Source: Oculina patagonica (taxonomy: Eukaryota). Taken from it: 64,000 bases of DNA. The notes below the pieces were generated by a model. It was not told the DNA's origin and did no database searches. It saw nothing but the letters and a program-made list of their open reading frames with translations. Shown piece by piece: positions 11,801 to 22,600 of the stretch (its first letter is position 1; every line of letters starts with the position of its first letter). The stretch is from contig NC_135763.1 of NCBI RefSeq assembly GCF_052425735.1, positions 36,766,001 through 36,830,000 on the forward strand, given 5' to 3'. The position numbers and the translations under genes were made by a program.

Positions 11801-14200
11801 TTTTTAAGACAATCACAATAGCGCCCAACCGGTATCTGGGAGGCCATGGGTTCGATTCCCGTCGGGGACTCAGAATTTTTCTTTGTCCCATGCTCGTGTC
11901 ATGTAGAACATCTTATCTTTATTATTTATTACCGAGCTTAAAATTTACCATCTTTATTATTTACTACAAAACTTGATGAATTCGACATTGCTGATCCTAG
12001 CAGTATACAGGACGCGTGTCATATATCAACCTAGTAAAATGGCCCAGCTCACAACGAGTCTCTCGTAGCTCAGTCGGTTAGAGCGCCCAACCTGGTAGTG
12101 TAGGTGTATACCCTCTCAGGTCTGACACTTCATGTACGTTTCGCGTATGAGGCCTTCATGTGATAGTCACCCATAGATCCAGTATTAAATAACCCCCACC
12201 CCCCCCCCCCCCACCCCCTCAAGAGCATTCTAACCTTCTCCATGTTAGTTACAAACAGAAAGATTGATAAAACGACATCATGCCATGTTCTTTCAGTTAC
12301 GATAGTTCTTCGTGCTGTGTGGCTATGTTTTTAATTACATGTAGTTTTCCGTTCCTTTATAGCTTTCCCACAGAACTAATAACAAGTAAGTAATACATTT
12401 GATATGTAAAAAGTTATTATTTGGAAACAAATCTAACAAATAAATCGATTATTTTGACTACACAAAATAATAGCCTTGGTACAACTTGCTTACTAAATGA
12501 GACTTAAGGGAAAGTCAAAAGATAGGGTTGGAAATCTTTTTGATTACCCTCACTTAATGCATATTTGATTTTCTGGTGGTTAAAACTTGTCGTGTTGCCC
12601 ATGTTGTTTATTCATTTTCATTGTGCATTCTTTTCTTTTACCCTTTAATTCTAAACGTTATGTTCTAAACGTTATATACAAATCTTGCAGCAACTACGGA
12701 TCTTGTAATGAAGCAAGAAATTCCTTGACTCCGCCGCTAAAACATCCTCAAGGTNNNNNNNNNNNNNNNNNNNNNNNNNNNNNNNNNNNNNNNNNNNNNN
12801 NNNNNNNNNNNNNNNNNNNNNNNNNNNNNNNNNNNNNNNNNNNNNNNNNNNNNNNNNNNNNNNNNNNNNNNNNNNNNNNNNNNNNNNNNNNNNNNNNNNN
12901 NNNAAGGGAGGGAGACACGGATGGGGGAAGAGAGAGACGGAGGGACGCAGGGAGGGAGGGAGGGACGGACGGACGGACGAACCGACGGACGGAAGAAGGG
13001 AAGGAAGGTACGAACAAAGAAGGGAGGGATAGAGGGACGGACGGACGGACGGACGGACGAATGGAAGGGGAAGAGAGGGAGGGAAGGAGGGAAGAAAGAA
13101 GGATCAATTGATGACAGTTATTTAGTATAACATTTGGATTGCTCACGCATAATTTATTATTGTACAGTGAAATATGTTATTTTTAACTCATTACAGCGAA
13201 GAATGGATTGGAACGTCAGCCAAACAAAATATTTACAGTCCAAAAGTGTTATTCCGTTGACGCGACATCTATGGGATTATCCCCCAGGCTTCCACCGAGA
13301 AAACCAGACCCTCATCGCCGCTCCGGAAGCTGTGACTCTGGCGTTCCTGTACAAAACCTTGTTAGGAATCGTAAGTGGATAGATCATCCGAAAGACAGCG
13401 CACATGAATCATGTCTGCTGTCTTTCAATTGCGTTGTTACGATGATAGCACGCCAAGGATTGGACCCAGACCCTACACTTTTTACTTACTCCGATTCCCC
13501 TCTTCATCCGGTAGGCGCTAAAATCCAATTTCTGTAATGTGAGGATCATCTAGGAGTACAATCCTGAGTTGAGAGGGACACTGTCATTAGTGTCATACCT
13601 CGCACAAGAGCACAAATCGTAGTTGGCTCTATTAATTACGCCAATGTAGCTGAAAAAAGAAACGTTTATAATTTACCCAAACTGTATCTACCTGTGTAGC
13701 TTAATGGTGTTGTATGCCAAGTCACTGAAGACCACCTCATTTAGGCTTCGGCTGCCATGTGGGCCTATCACTTACAAGATAAGAACTTGAGTAAAGATGC
13801 AGTAGTGATATCGAATTGAATCTAGTTATTTCTTTCGCAGGTACACTGAGCGAGCCTGTACAAAACCTTGTTAGGAATCGTAAGTGTACAAATCATCCGA
13901 AAGACAGCGGACATGAATCATGTCTGCTGTCTTTCAATTGCGTTGTTACGATGATAGCATGCCAAGGATTGGACCCAGACCCTACACTTTTTACTTACTC
14001 CGATTGTGTATTGGGGGTTTTAATCTTTTTTTTATTTAGGGTTTTAAGCGATTTTTTCGATCACATCGGTTTTTTATAAGTATATATATATATGTAAATA
14101 ATTTTTATAAGTACATTATTGTTGTAATACTGCGATAGTTATTAGTGTAAAGCGCATTAGATCATATGTACATGGATTTTTGCGCTATAGAAATAATAAA

Positions 14201-14255
<55 letters not shown>

Positions 14256-14958
14256 TCCTCTTCATCCAGTAGGCGCTAAAATCCAATTTCTGTAATGTGA
14301 GAATCATCTAGGAGTACAATCCTGAGTTGAGAGGGACACTGTCATTAGTGTCATACCTCGCACAAGAGCACAAATCGTAGTTGGCTCTATTAATTACGCC
14401 AATGTAGCTGAAAAAAGAAACGTTTATAATTTACCCAAACTGTATCTACCTGTGTAGCTTAATGGTGTTGTATGCCAAGTCACTGAAGACCACCTCATTT
14501 AGGCTTCGGCTGCCATGTGGGCCTATCACTTACAAGATAAGAACTTGAGTAAAGATGCAGTAGTGATTTCGAATTGAATCTAGTTATTTCTTTCGCAGGT
14601 ACACTGAGCGAGCCTGTACAAAACCTTGTTAGGAATCGTAAGTGTACAAATCATCCGAAAGACAGCGGACATGAATCATGTCTGCTGTCTTTCAATTGCG
14701 TTGTTACGATGATAGCATGCCAAGGATTGGACCCAGACCCTACACTTTTTACTTACTCCGATTGTGTATTGGGGGTTTTAATCTTTTTTTTATTTAGGGT
14801 TTTAAGCGATTTTTTCGATCACATCGGTTTTTTATAAGTATATATATATATGTGAATAATTTTTATAAGTACATTATTGTTGTAATACTGCGATAGTTAT
14901 TAGTGTAAAGCGCATTAGATCATATGTACATGGATTTTTGCGCTATAGAAATAATAAA

Positions 14959-15022
<64 letters not shown>

Positions 15023-18000
15023 TCCTCTTCATCCAGTAGGCGCTAAAATCCAATTTCTGTAATGTGAGAATCATCTAGGAGTACAATCCTGAGTTGAGAG
15101 GGACACTGTCATTAGTGTCATACCTCGCACAAGAGCACAAATCGTAGTTGGCTCTATTAATTACGCCAATGTAGCTGAAAAAAGAAACGTTTATAATTTA
15201 CCCAAACTGTATCTACCTGTGTAGCTTAATGGTGTTGTATGCCAAGTCACTGAAGACCACCTCATTTAGGCTTCGGCTGCCATGTGGGCCTATCACTTAC
15301 AAGATAAGAACTTGAGTAAAGATGCAGTAGTGATTTCGAATTGAATCTAGTTATTTCTTTCGCAGGTACACTGAGCGAGCCTGTACAAAACCTTGTTAGG
15401 AATCGTAAGTGTACAAATCATCCGAAAGACAGCGGACATGAATCATGTCTGCTGTCTTTCAATTGCGTTGTTACGATGATAGCATGCCAAGGATTGGACC
15501 CAGACCCTACACTTTTTACTTACTCCGATTGTGTATTGGGGGTTTTAATCTTTTTTTTATTTAGGGTTTTAAGCGATTTTTTCGATCACATCGGTTTTTT
15601 ATAAGTATATATATATATGTGAATAATTTTTATAAGTACATTATTGTTGTAATACTGCGATAGTTATTAGTGTAAAGCGCATTAGATCATAATGAGGGGG
15701 GGACTCGCATATGAAAGTGACGGGGATGCTCGTCGTCTCGCTTAGGGGTGTAAATTTCGGACTTTTGGTCTCGCTTAGGGTGTTCCGGGAAAAAACGCCC
15801 AAAACGCCAATATTTTTAGCCATAATGGTCTCGTTTAGGGTTACACACGAAGAAATATACAAATATAAACTCCATTCTAATTTTTTTTGTATCTTTTAGG
15901 GGTCAAGAAAGGCTTGAGCCACACCCAGATTGGTCTCTTTTAGGAGTTCTTTTCAAAATTTCCGACGAGCATCCCCGTCCGTTTCATATGGGAGTCCCCC
16001 CCCCCCCCGAGAGAGGAGCTACAGTGAAATCCGATTTCTCAATTCAAACGTCAAACACTCAAGTCTCAAACGTCAAACACTCAAGTTGTGAAACTTCCCG
16101 ATAACCCGAGCCCAAAGTTGCCAAAAGTTGTCTCTTTTGAACTGCTTCACTCAGTCGAAAACTGTTATTACCCCCTATTTCCCGGGCCAATTTTCGTTTT
16201 CCTTGGAGGCTAAAGAAATCGACATTTCACTGAGCGTCACAATATTCACAATAAATAGAACCTGCACTGAAATTTTTGTCAAAATTTGCCATTGATTGTT
16301 TTATTACAGGAACGTTATATTTGAAATAAAACTGGGGGTGCCTAAGATCGTTTAGCAACAGCACCTTGTTTATACTCAATAAATCCTTATAATATCACCA
16401 TGATTGTAGTCACGATGACTTGCTAAATTGACGTTTCCGACGATTATTTCTTATTCTACACTGAGAATTTGTCCATATTTCTTCTAAAGAAAGAGAGTTT
16501 TCACTCAATTTAAAACAACAGGTCACCGTACCCGTTTACGAGAAAATGACGATTTACCTCTCTGGCGATGGTCCAGCCGTAAAGAAAAAGCCGCCATTTT
16601 TCAGCAGGCGCGCGCTAATCACGCGTGAAATTATGCGCAGTAGGGATGCGCAATGCAATACTGAGGAATAACCTCAAGTTATTTTTTTTCCTTTAAAATA
16701 ATTGTTGGCGTTAGTCATGAGCTTTAGATCTCGAGCCTATACGCGGGTGTTGTATCGCAGGGCCTCTTTACACCCAGATGTATAAATGGGCACAGTCAAA
16801 TTTTTTGTAGTCGTTTTATCGCACAAACATTTCATCCAGGGGGGGGGGGGGGGGGAAGTAGTACTCCTTTTCAAGTCGCTTTATCATGCTGTGAAAGCCG
16901 GTGTTAAATTACTCAATTAAGTTCAGGCTGTATGCGAACATACCTATAAGCTATTAAAATAGCATAAATTTACTTCTTTACCCCTTTAATGAAGAGACAG
17001 GATATGCAGAATTTGACAGCTTTCTCGTGTGTAATGTGCCGGCGGAAACATTTGTTTTAGTAATACTGACTTGCATTGTTTTAACTGTATTATGCAACTA
17101 AATATTTCAGACGATCTGGGACTAAGTGATAGACGTGATAGACGTGATAGACGTGATAGACGTGATAGACGTGATAGACGTGGATCAGATCCCAATGTAA
17201 GTTCACCTGAATCTAATGGCTGTTTATGTTTCATTCCGAAGACGTTTAGCCTAAACTTCGTCGAAATATTAAATAAGAGCGATTGTCAGAGAATATCGAG
17301 AATTTTGCCCAAATAACCCTTTTAGTGAACTATTTTCAAAAAAGGCAATAAAAGGTTCCGATTTCTTTTACTTTTTTCAAACTTCGATAAAGTTGAAAAT
17401 TGGCCCGCAACGGAGGCCATGATGGGGGAAATTTGAGGCATATTCAACACGCTCGTGTAGACAAACCAAACAGTGCCTTAACATATCCTTTACACTGTTT
17501 GTTAGGCATCTCTTTAAGTTTTTTCTGTACTAAATTGTTTTCCATTTGTTTCCTTTTTAAAAAGTTATAATCTTCTACAAGAGGCCTACCTTAAGCGTGT
17601 TAACGATACGTCAAATATTGTAAAACTTCGACCTTCACTTCGACCTTCACTTCAAGCTGACAATCTCTTTTTTTTTAAGACAATCACAATAGCGCCCAAC
17701 CGGTATCTGGGAGGCCATGGGTTCGATTCCCGTCGGGGACTCAGAATTTTTCTTTGTCCCATGCTCGTGTCATGTAGAACATCTTATCTTTATTATTTAT
17801 TACCGAGCTTAAAATTTACCATCTTTATTATTTACTACAAAACTTGATGAATTCGACATTGCTGATCCTAGCAGTATACAGGACGCGTGTCATATATCAA
17901 CCTAGTAAAATGGCCCAGCTCACAACGAGTCTCTCGTAGCTCAGTCGGTTAGAGCGCCCAACCTGGTAGTGTAGGTGTATACCCTCTCAGGTCTGACACT

Positions 18001-19193
18001 TCATGTACGTTTCGCGTATGAGGCCTTCATGTGATAGTCACCCATAGATCCAGTATTAAATAACCCCCACCCCCTCAAGAGCATTCTAACCTTCTCCATG
18101 TTAGTTACAAACAGAAAGATTGATAAAACGACATCATGCCATGTTCTTTCAGTTACGATAGTTCTTCGTGCTGTGTGGCTATGTTTTTAATTACATGTAG
18201 TTTTCCGTTCCTTTATAGCTTTCCCACAGAACTAATAACAAGTAAGTAATACATTTGATATGTAAAAAGTTATTATTTGGAAACAAATCTAACAAATAAA
18301 TCGATTATTTTGACTACACAAAATAATAGCCTTGGTACAACTTGCTTACTAAATGAGACTTAAGGGAAAGTCAAAAGATAGGGTTGGAAATCTTTTTGAT
18401 TACCCTCACTTAATGCATATTTGATTTTCTGGTGGTAAAAACTTGTCGTGTTGCCCATGTTGTTTATTCATTTTCATTGTGCATTCTTTTCTTTTACCCT
18501 TTAATTCTAAACGTTATGTTCTAAACGTTATATACAAATCTTGCAGCAACTACGGATCTTGTAATGAAGCAAGAAATTCATTGACTCTGCCGCTAAAACA
18601 TCCTTAAGGTAATTAGTAAAATTCAGGAAGAAAGGAAGGAAGGAAGGAATGAAGGAAGGAAAGAAGGAAGGAACAAAGAAGGGAGGGATAGAGTGAAGGA
18701 GGGGGAGGGAGGGAGGGACGCAGGGAGGGAGGGGAGNNNNNNNNNNNNNNNNNNNNNNNNNNNNNNNNNNNNNNNNNNNNNNNNNNNNNNNNNNNNNNNN
18801 NNNNNNNNNNNNNNNNNNNNNNNNNNNNNNNNNNNNNNNNNNNNNNNNNNNNNNNNNNNNNNNNNNNNNNNNNNNNNNNNNNGGAAGAAGGAAAGGAAGG
18901 ATGGTAGGAACAAAGAGGGGAGGGATAGAGGGAGGGATAGAGGGAGGGAAGGAGGGAAGAAAGAAGGATCAATTGATGACAGTTATTTAGTATAACATTT
19001 AGATTGCTCACGCATAATTTATTATTGTACAGTGAAATATGTTATTTTTGACTCAATACAGCGATGAATGGATTGCAACGTCATCCAAACAAAAGATTTC
19101 CATTACAAAAGTGTCATTCTGTTGACGTGACATCTATGGGATTATACCCCGGGCTTCCACCGCCGATAAAGCGAGTCTGGCAACTCTGGAATC
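2856..19193 (+). CDS. PIK3AP1-like: BCAP/PIK3AP1/BANK1/Dof-like adaptor (DBB domain + ankyrin repeats + phosphotyrosine/proline-rich tail), copy 1. Exons 2856-2883, 3362-3411, 4042-4186, 4681-4959, 5981-6180, 7303-7480, 9285-9421, 9973-10153, 11259-11326, 12363-12385, 12691-12752, 13197-13370, 13841-13879, 14599-14637, 15366-15404, then either 17111-17196/18219-18241/18547-18607(stop) or 19062-19193
   Basis: GT-AG junctions with continuous phase. Translation VAVSPNK..LFIFNKPL..YEVEF..VIQTHAP..ELLDKATDPQQLLCDSL..YPTLIHFGAAHRL..CPAARQACALKNKDGMCPKELAVKHEHYEL resembles the BCAP DBB-ankyrin region as I recall it (LPTLLHFAAKYGL..CPGALQAYSVANKHGHYPNTIAEKHG). YIMM motif at 7390-7401. Confidence 0.85.
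5413..5485 (+). tRNA. trnR-ACG: tRNA-Arg(ACG), intronic
   Basis: 73-nt cloverleaf GGCCCCG...CGGGGTCG, anticodon loop CT-ACG-AA, GGTTCAAGTCC T-arm, T-run terminator just downstream. Confidence 0.9.
7796..9086. mobile_element. Foldback-type MITE with TGT..ACA termini and arrays of cgcaaaatgtaat repeats in both arms
   Basis: tgttatgccgcaaaatgtaat... versus ...attacattttgcggagtaaca, with roughly 200-bp inverted repeated arms. Confidence 0.8.
10395..10832 (+). mobile_element. MITE family copy (others at ~16245-16675 on + and ~20605-21090 on -)
   Basis: Same internal sequence in three places. The 20605-21090 copy has aggtcattcc...ggaataacct termini. Confidence 0.75.
11820..12092 (+). mobile_element. 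tRNA-derived repeat, circularly permuted (copy at 17691-17963)
   Basis: B-box half (gggttcgattcccg) precedes A-box half (tagctcagtcggttagagc). Flanked by direct repeat agcgcccaacc. Confidence 0.65.
12755..12903. other. Assembly gap in a purine-rich microsatellite (other gaps 18737-18882 and 40412-40635)
   Basis: N runs. Confidence 1.
13346..15690. repeat. Tandem array of ~0.5-0.77 kb intron+microexon units; later units carry an L2/CR1 3' tail with (TTA)n
   Basis: cctgtacaaaaccttgttaggaatcgtaagt occurs four times. Periods of 758 and 767 bp differ by three TTA units. The first unit lacks the LINE tail (empty site ccgattcccctc ~13495). Confidence 0.92.
15696..16008. mobile_element. MITE at the junction between the tandem array and block A2
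   Basis: TIRs gggggggactcgcatatgaaa..cggggatgctcgtcg / cgacgagcatccccg..tttcatatgggagtccccccc. No matching TSD. Confidence 0.8.
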
Positions 19194-19525
19194 GTAAGTG
19201 TACAAATTATCCGAAAGACAGCGGACATGAATCATGTCTGCTGTCTTTTAATTGCGTTGTTACGATGATAGCACGCCAAGGAGTGGACCCAGACCCTACA
19301 CTTTTTACTTACTCCGATTCCCCTCTTCATCCGGTAGGCGCTAAAATCCAATTTCTGTAATGTGAGGATCATCTAGGAGTACAATCCTGAGTTGAGAGGG
19401 ACACTGTAATACCTCGCACAAGAGCACAAATCGTAGTTGGCTCTATTAATTACGCCAATGTAGCTGAAAAAAGAAAGGTTTAAAATTTGCCCAAACTGTA
19501 CCTACTTGTGTAGCTTAATGATTAT
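16012..19525. repeat. Intragenic block duplication A2
   Basis: Near-identical to 10160-13705. Contains CAA>TAA at 18605-18607 and 6 rather than 4 DRR repeats. Confidence 0.93.
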
Positions 19526-19689
19526 CCATGTTGGCCTATCAATTAGAAGTCCACAATTCTTATTTTTTAAAAGCGTTCGGGCAAAGTCCCTTTTAATTCT
19601 TCATTTATCCAAAATTAATATCAACACCCTGTTCACATTTAAGCGATTCCTTATTTCCTTTTTTTTCTCTTTCATTGCTGTAATAACAG

Positions 19690-22600
19690 TGCAAACAAGC
19701 ATGTCTAACCAATCCAGTAGACCATTGTATGGCCACGTCCCGTCTTGGCCGGATGCAGAGGAAAAAGTTAATGAAATCATGGAAAATATTGCAGCAGTCA
19801 GCGACGGATCCAGACCTTCAGGTAAGTGGGGGGCCCGATTATCCAGACCCTGGATAATCGGCCATTTTCATCGTCGAAAACTGGGTGAACTCTAAGGGAA
19901 CGTTTTGGCGAACATCTTTGAAGCATTACCAAGAGTTTGCCTGGTCTCCCCGTCGCAGAGCATTTCAGCTCCAACGGACACAGCGCAGCCGACGCACAGG
20001 TCCGCAGTGTCAAGCTTTGCGGCGGTAATAAATAAGGGAAGAGGCAGAAGATTTGTCTAATATTTCAGCTTGGGACCTGCCAGTCGCTTTGCCTCAACTC
20101 TGACTTTCATTTTTATTGAGGTTCTCGCGCGCGCGCGTGCTAGAGACAACCTTTAAACAAATCTCGTGCGCATCTTCACAGGGCGACCACAACAGTCGAG
20201 GAATGAAATAAATTGATAAGAGAATAAAGGGTAAATATGAAAGTCATGGGGCCCCTTATTTATAATCCGATTAACCCGATTTAAATTTGACGATCAACAA
20301 GGTTGTATACTGATCATCCTATTTCCAAATCCCAATTTAACCTTTCTGAAATATTACCTCCGTATTCCCTCGAACAAAATGATCACGATCTAAGATCTTA
20401 CGTTCTAAGATCAACTGCACAAGGCCATTCTCACGTCTTCTAACTATAACTGTATTAATTGAATCCTTCAAAAATGGAGAAATGTTAAACACAAACGCTT
20501 ATAACTACTTTCTTTCAAGGAAATTTAGCAAAACTTAGGGAGGCGCGTGTGACATCGATGGGGAGATGTACGAAAAAAATTATAACTAATTATATACGGT
20601 GTTAAGGTCATTCCCCAGTATTGCATTGCGCATCCCCACTGCGCGTAATTTCAGGCTTGATTAGCCCGCGCGCACTAAAAAATGGCGGCTTTTTCTTTAC
20701 GGTTGGACCTCGCCAGGGAGGTTAATCGTAATTTTCTCCTAAACGAGTACGGCGAGCGGTCATTTTTTTCTGCTGTTTTGAATTGAGTAGTAACTTTCTT
20801 TCTGTAGAATAAATATGGACCAATTCTCAGTGAAGAATAAGGAACAATCGTCGGAAACGTGAATTTAGCCAGCAATCATGACTGTAATCATGTGCTGTTG
20901 CAATCGTGACTATAATCATGGTGATATTATAAGGATTTATTAGGTATAAACGAGGTACTGTTGCTCCTAAACGAGCATGGGCACCTCCCATTTTAATTTC
21001 AATATTTAAATTCCTGTAACTGCATAAACAGTCAATAGGCAAAGTTTGACAAAAATTTCAGTGCAGGTTCTATTTCAGTGGAATAACCTCAAACAGGCTG
21101 AGTTTTTACACGGGTCGGTTTTTACACGGAATGGGTCTTAAATTTTTTTTTTAGAAATCTCTAAACAATAGTAAAAAAACACCAAGGAAAAAAAAACAAA
21201 TGATCAAAGTCAATATAGAGTACCAATATTAAGAACTGGGTATTACTTTTTAAGGCATTTCGAATTGAGTACAGTCCATCGAATCAATTCCTGATGGGCC
21301 GACCGAGAAATCCCTTTTCTGTTGCTTTAGTTTAACAGGCCAATAGTTCAGAAATCACTACTTGCTCGAAGCCGAGATTTCATCGGCTACTAAATGAGTA
21401 TCTTAAAGTTATCTTTTACGATGGAAGAAGATGCTCAATAATCACCAAACATAGCGTGACCTTAAAGAATAGCAAGACAAGTATTAGATTTGGTTCAGCA
21501 ATACACTGAGGCTGTGTTGTTAAATCTATTATTTTGTTTATGGTAGATTCTAGCTGCGATGGGACTGGCTTGGTTGCTATGGAAACGGATTTCTCGCCCA
21601 GCTTCCTGGAAAACCTCACAACCGGCGAACACGAGATTGCTCAATCCACCTCCCCTTCCCCTGGCAATTACCCTTTAGGTTAGAATTGTAAGAAAAATAC
21701 TTGATTTAATGGTTCAGCAATACACTAAGGCTGTGTTGTTAAATCTTAAATATTAACTATTGTATTATTTATGGTAGATTCTAGCTGCGATGAGACTAGC
21801 TTGGTTGCTATGGAAACGGATTTCTCGCCCAGCTTCCTGGAAAACCTCACAACCGGCGAAAACGAGATTGCTCAATCCACCTCTCCTTTCGCTGGCCGTT
21901 ACCCTCCGGACAGCGACGGTAGTCCAGCTGTCGGATGTGCAACAGACGGGCATCAGTTCAACCTCGATCCCAGGGTCTCTCTCTCCCCACTCTTGGGGAC
22001 GGGGAGAGAGAGACCCTTGGAACAAGGTTGGCATCAGTTGACTTCGGCGCACTGCAATGGAGCGCGAATCATGATCCTTAATCCTAAACAAGAGTACAGC
22101 AAGGTGCCAATAAAGGGTGGGCCCAGAGGGAGATCAGAACAAAGAATTTTATGCGGAAAGGTACCACATGATAGTACTGTTCAATCGATTTTATATGATC
22201 TGTCTCACATTTGCTTGGGTTTTATCCATCCAAGATTTTACTCAGTTAGTTTAGGGTTAATCAATTGACTGATCGCAAAGAAGGTGACCAACGACTTAAT
22301 CGCCAAAAATAGTCTTTCAGAAACGGTCAAAATATTCGCTCGTTATTGCGTTTTTGTTCTTAGGTTGTGATGCAAATAGAAACTGAGCTTCCATTAAATC
22401 ACCTAGAAGTGTACGTAATGCGTGAAATCGAGGCTGAAAAGAAGCTAACTACCAAAGATGCAAATTCATACGGAGTTGGACCCACAAGAATTACCCAGCT
22501 AGATATCACACCAGCTAACGATCCTGGTAAGGGCAATTCTCCCTCCTGATTATGCCATTTAAATGTGAAGTTTTACAACTAGGTTAGAAGTCTATAACAC

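Larger units (their letters stand above)
10160..13705. repeat. Intragenic block duplication A1 (copy A2 at ~16012-19525)
   Basis: agaggagctacagtgaaatccg begins both blocks. Introns are near-identical and four exons are duplicated. Confidence 0.93.

Noticed and set aside
12587-13146. ORFs spanning N gaps and GGA/GGAC microsatellites (also 18613-19011, 40246-40695)
   Set aside because: Artefacts of gaps and low-complexity sequence.
13816-15604. Three identical 87-aa ORFs as a tandem small-gene family
   Set aside because: Non-ATG starts. Only the 39-nt GT-AG-bounded part looks exonic; the rest is intron and LINE tail.
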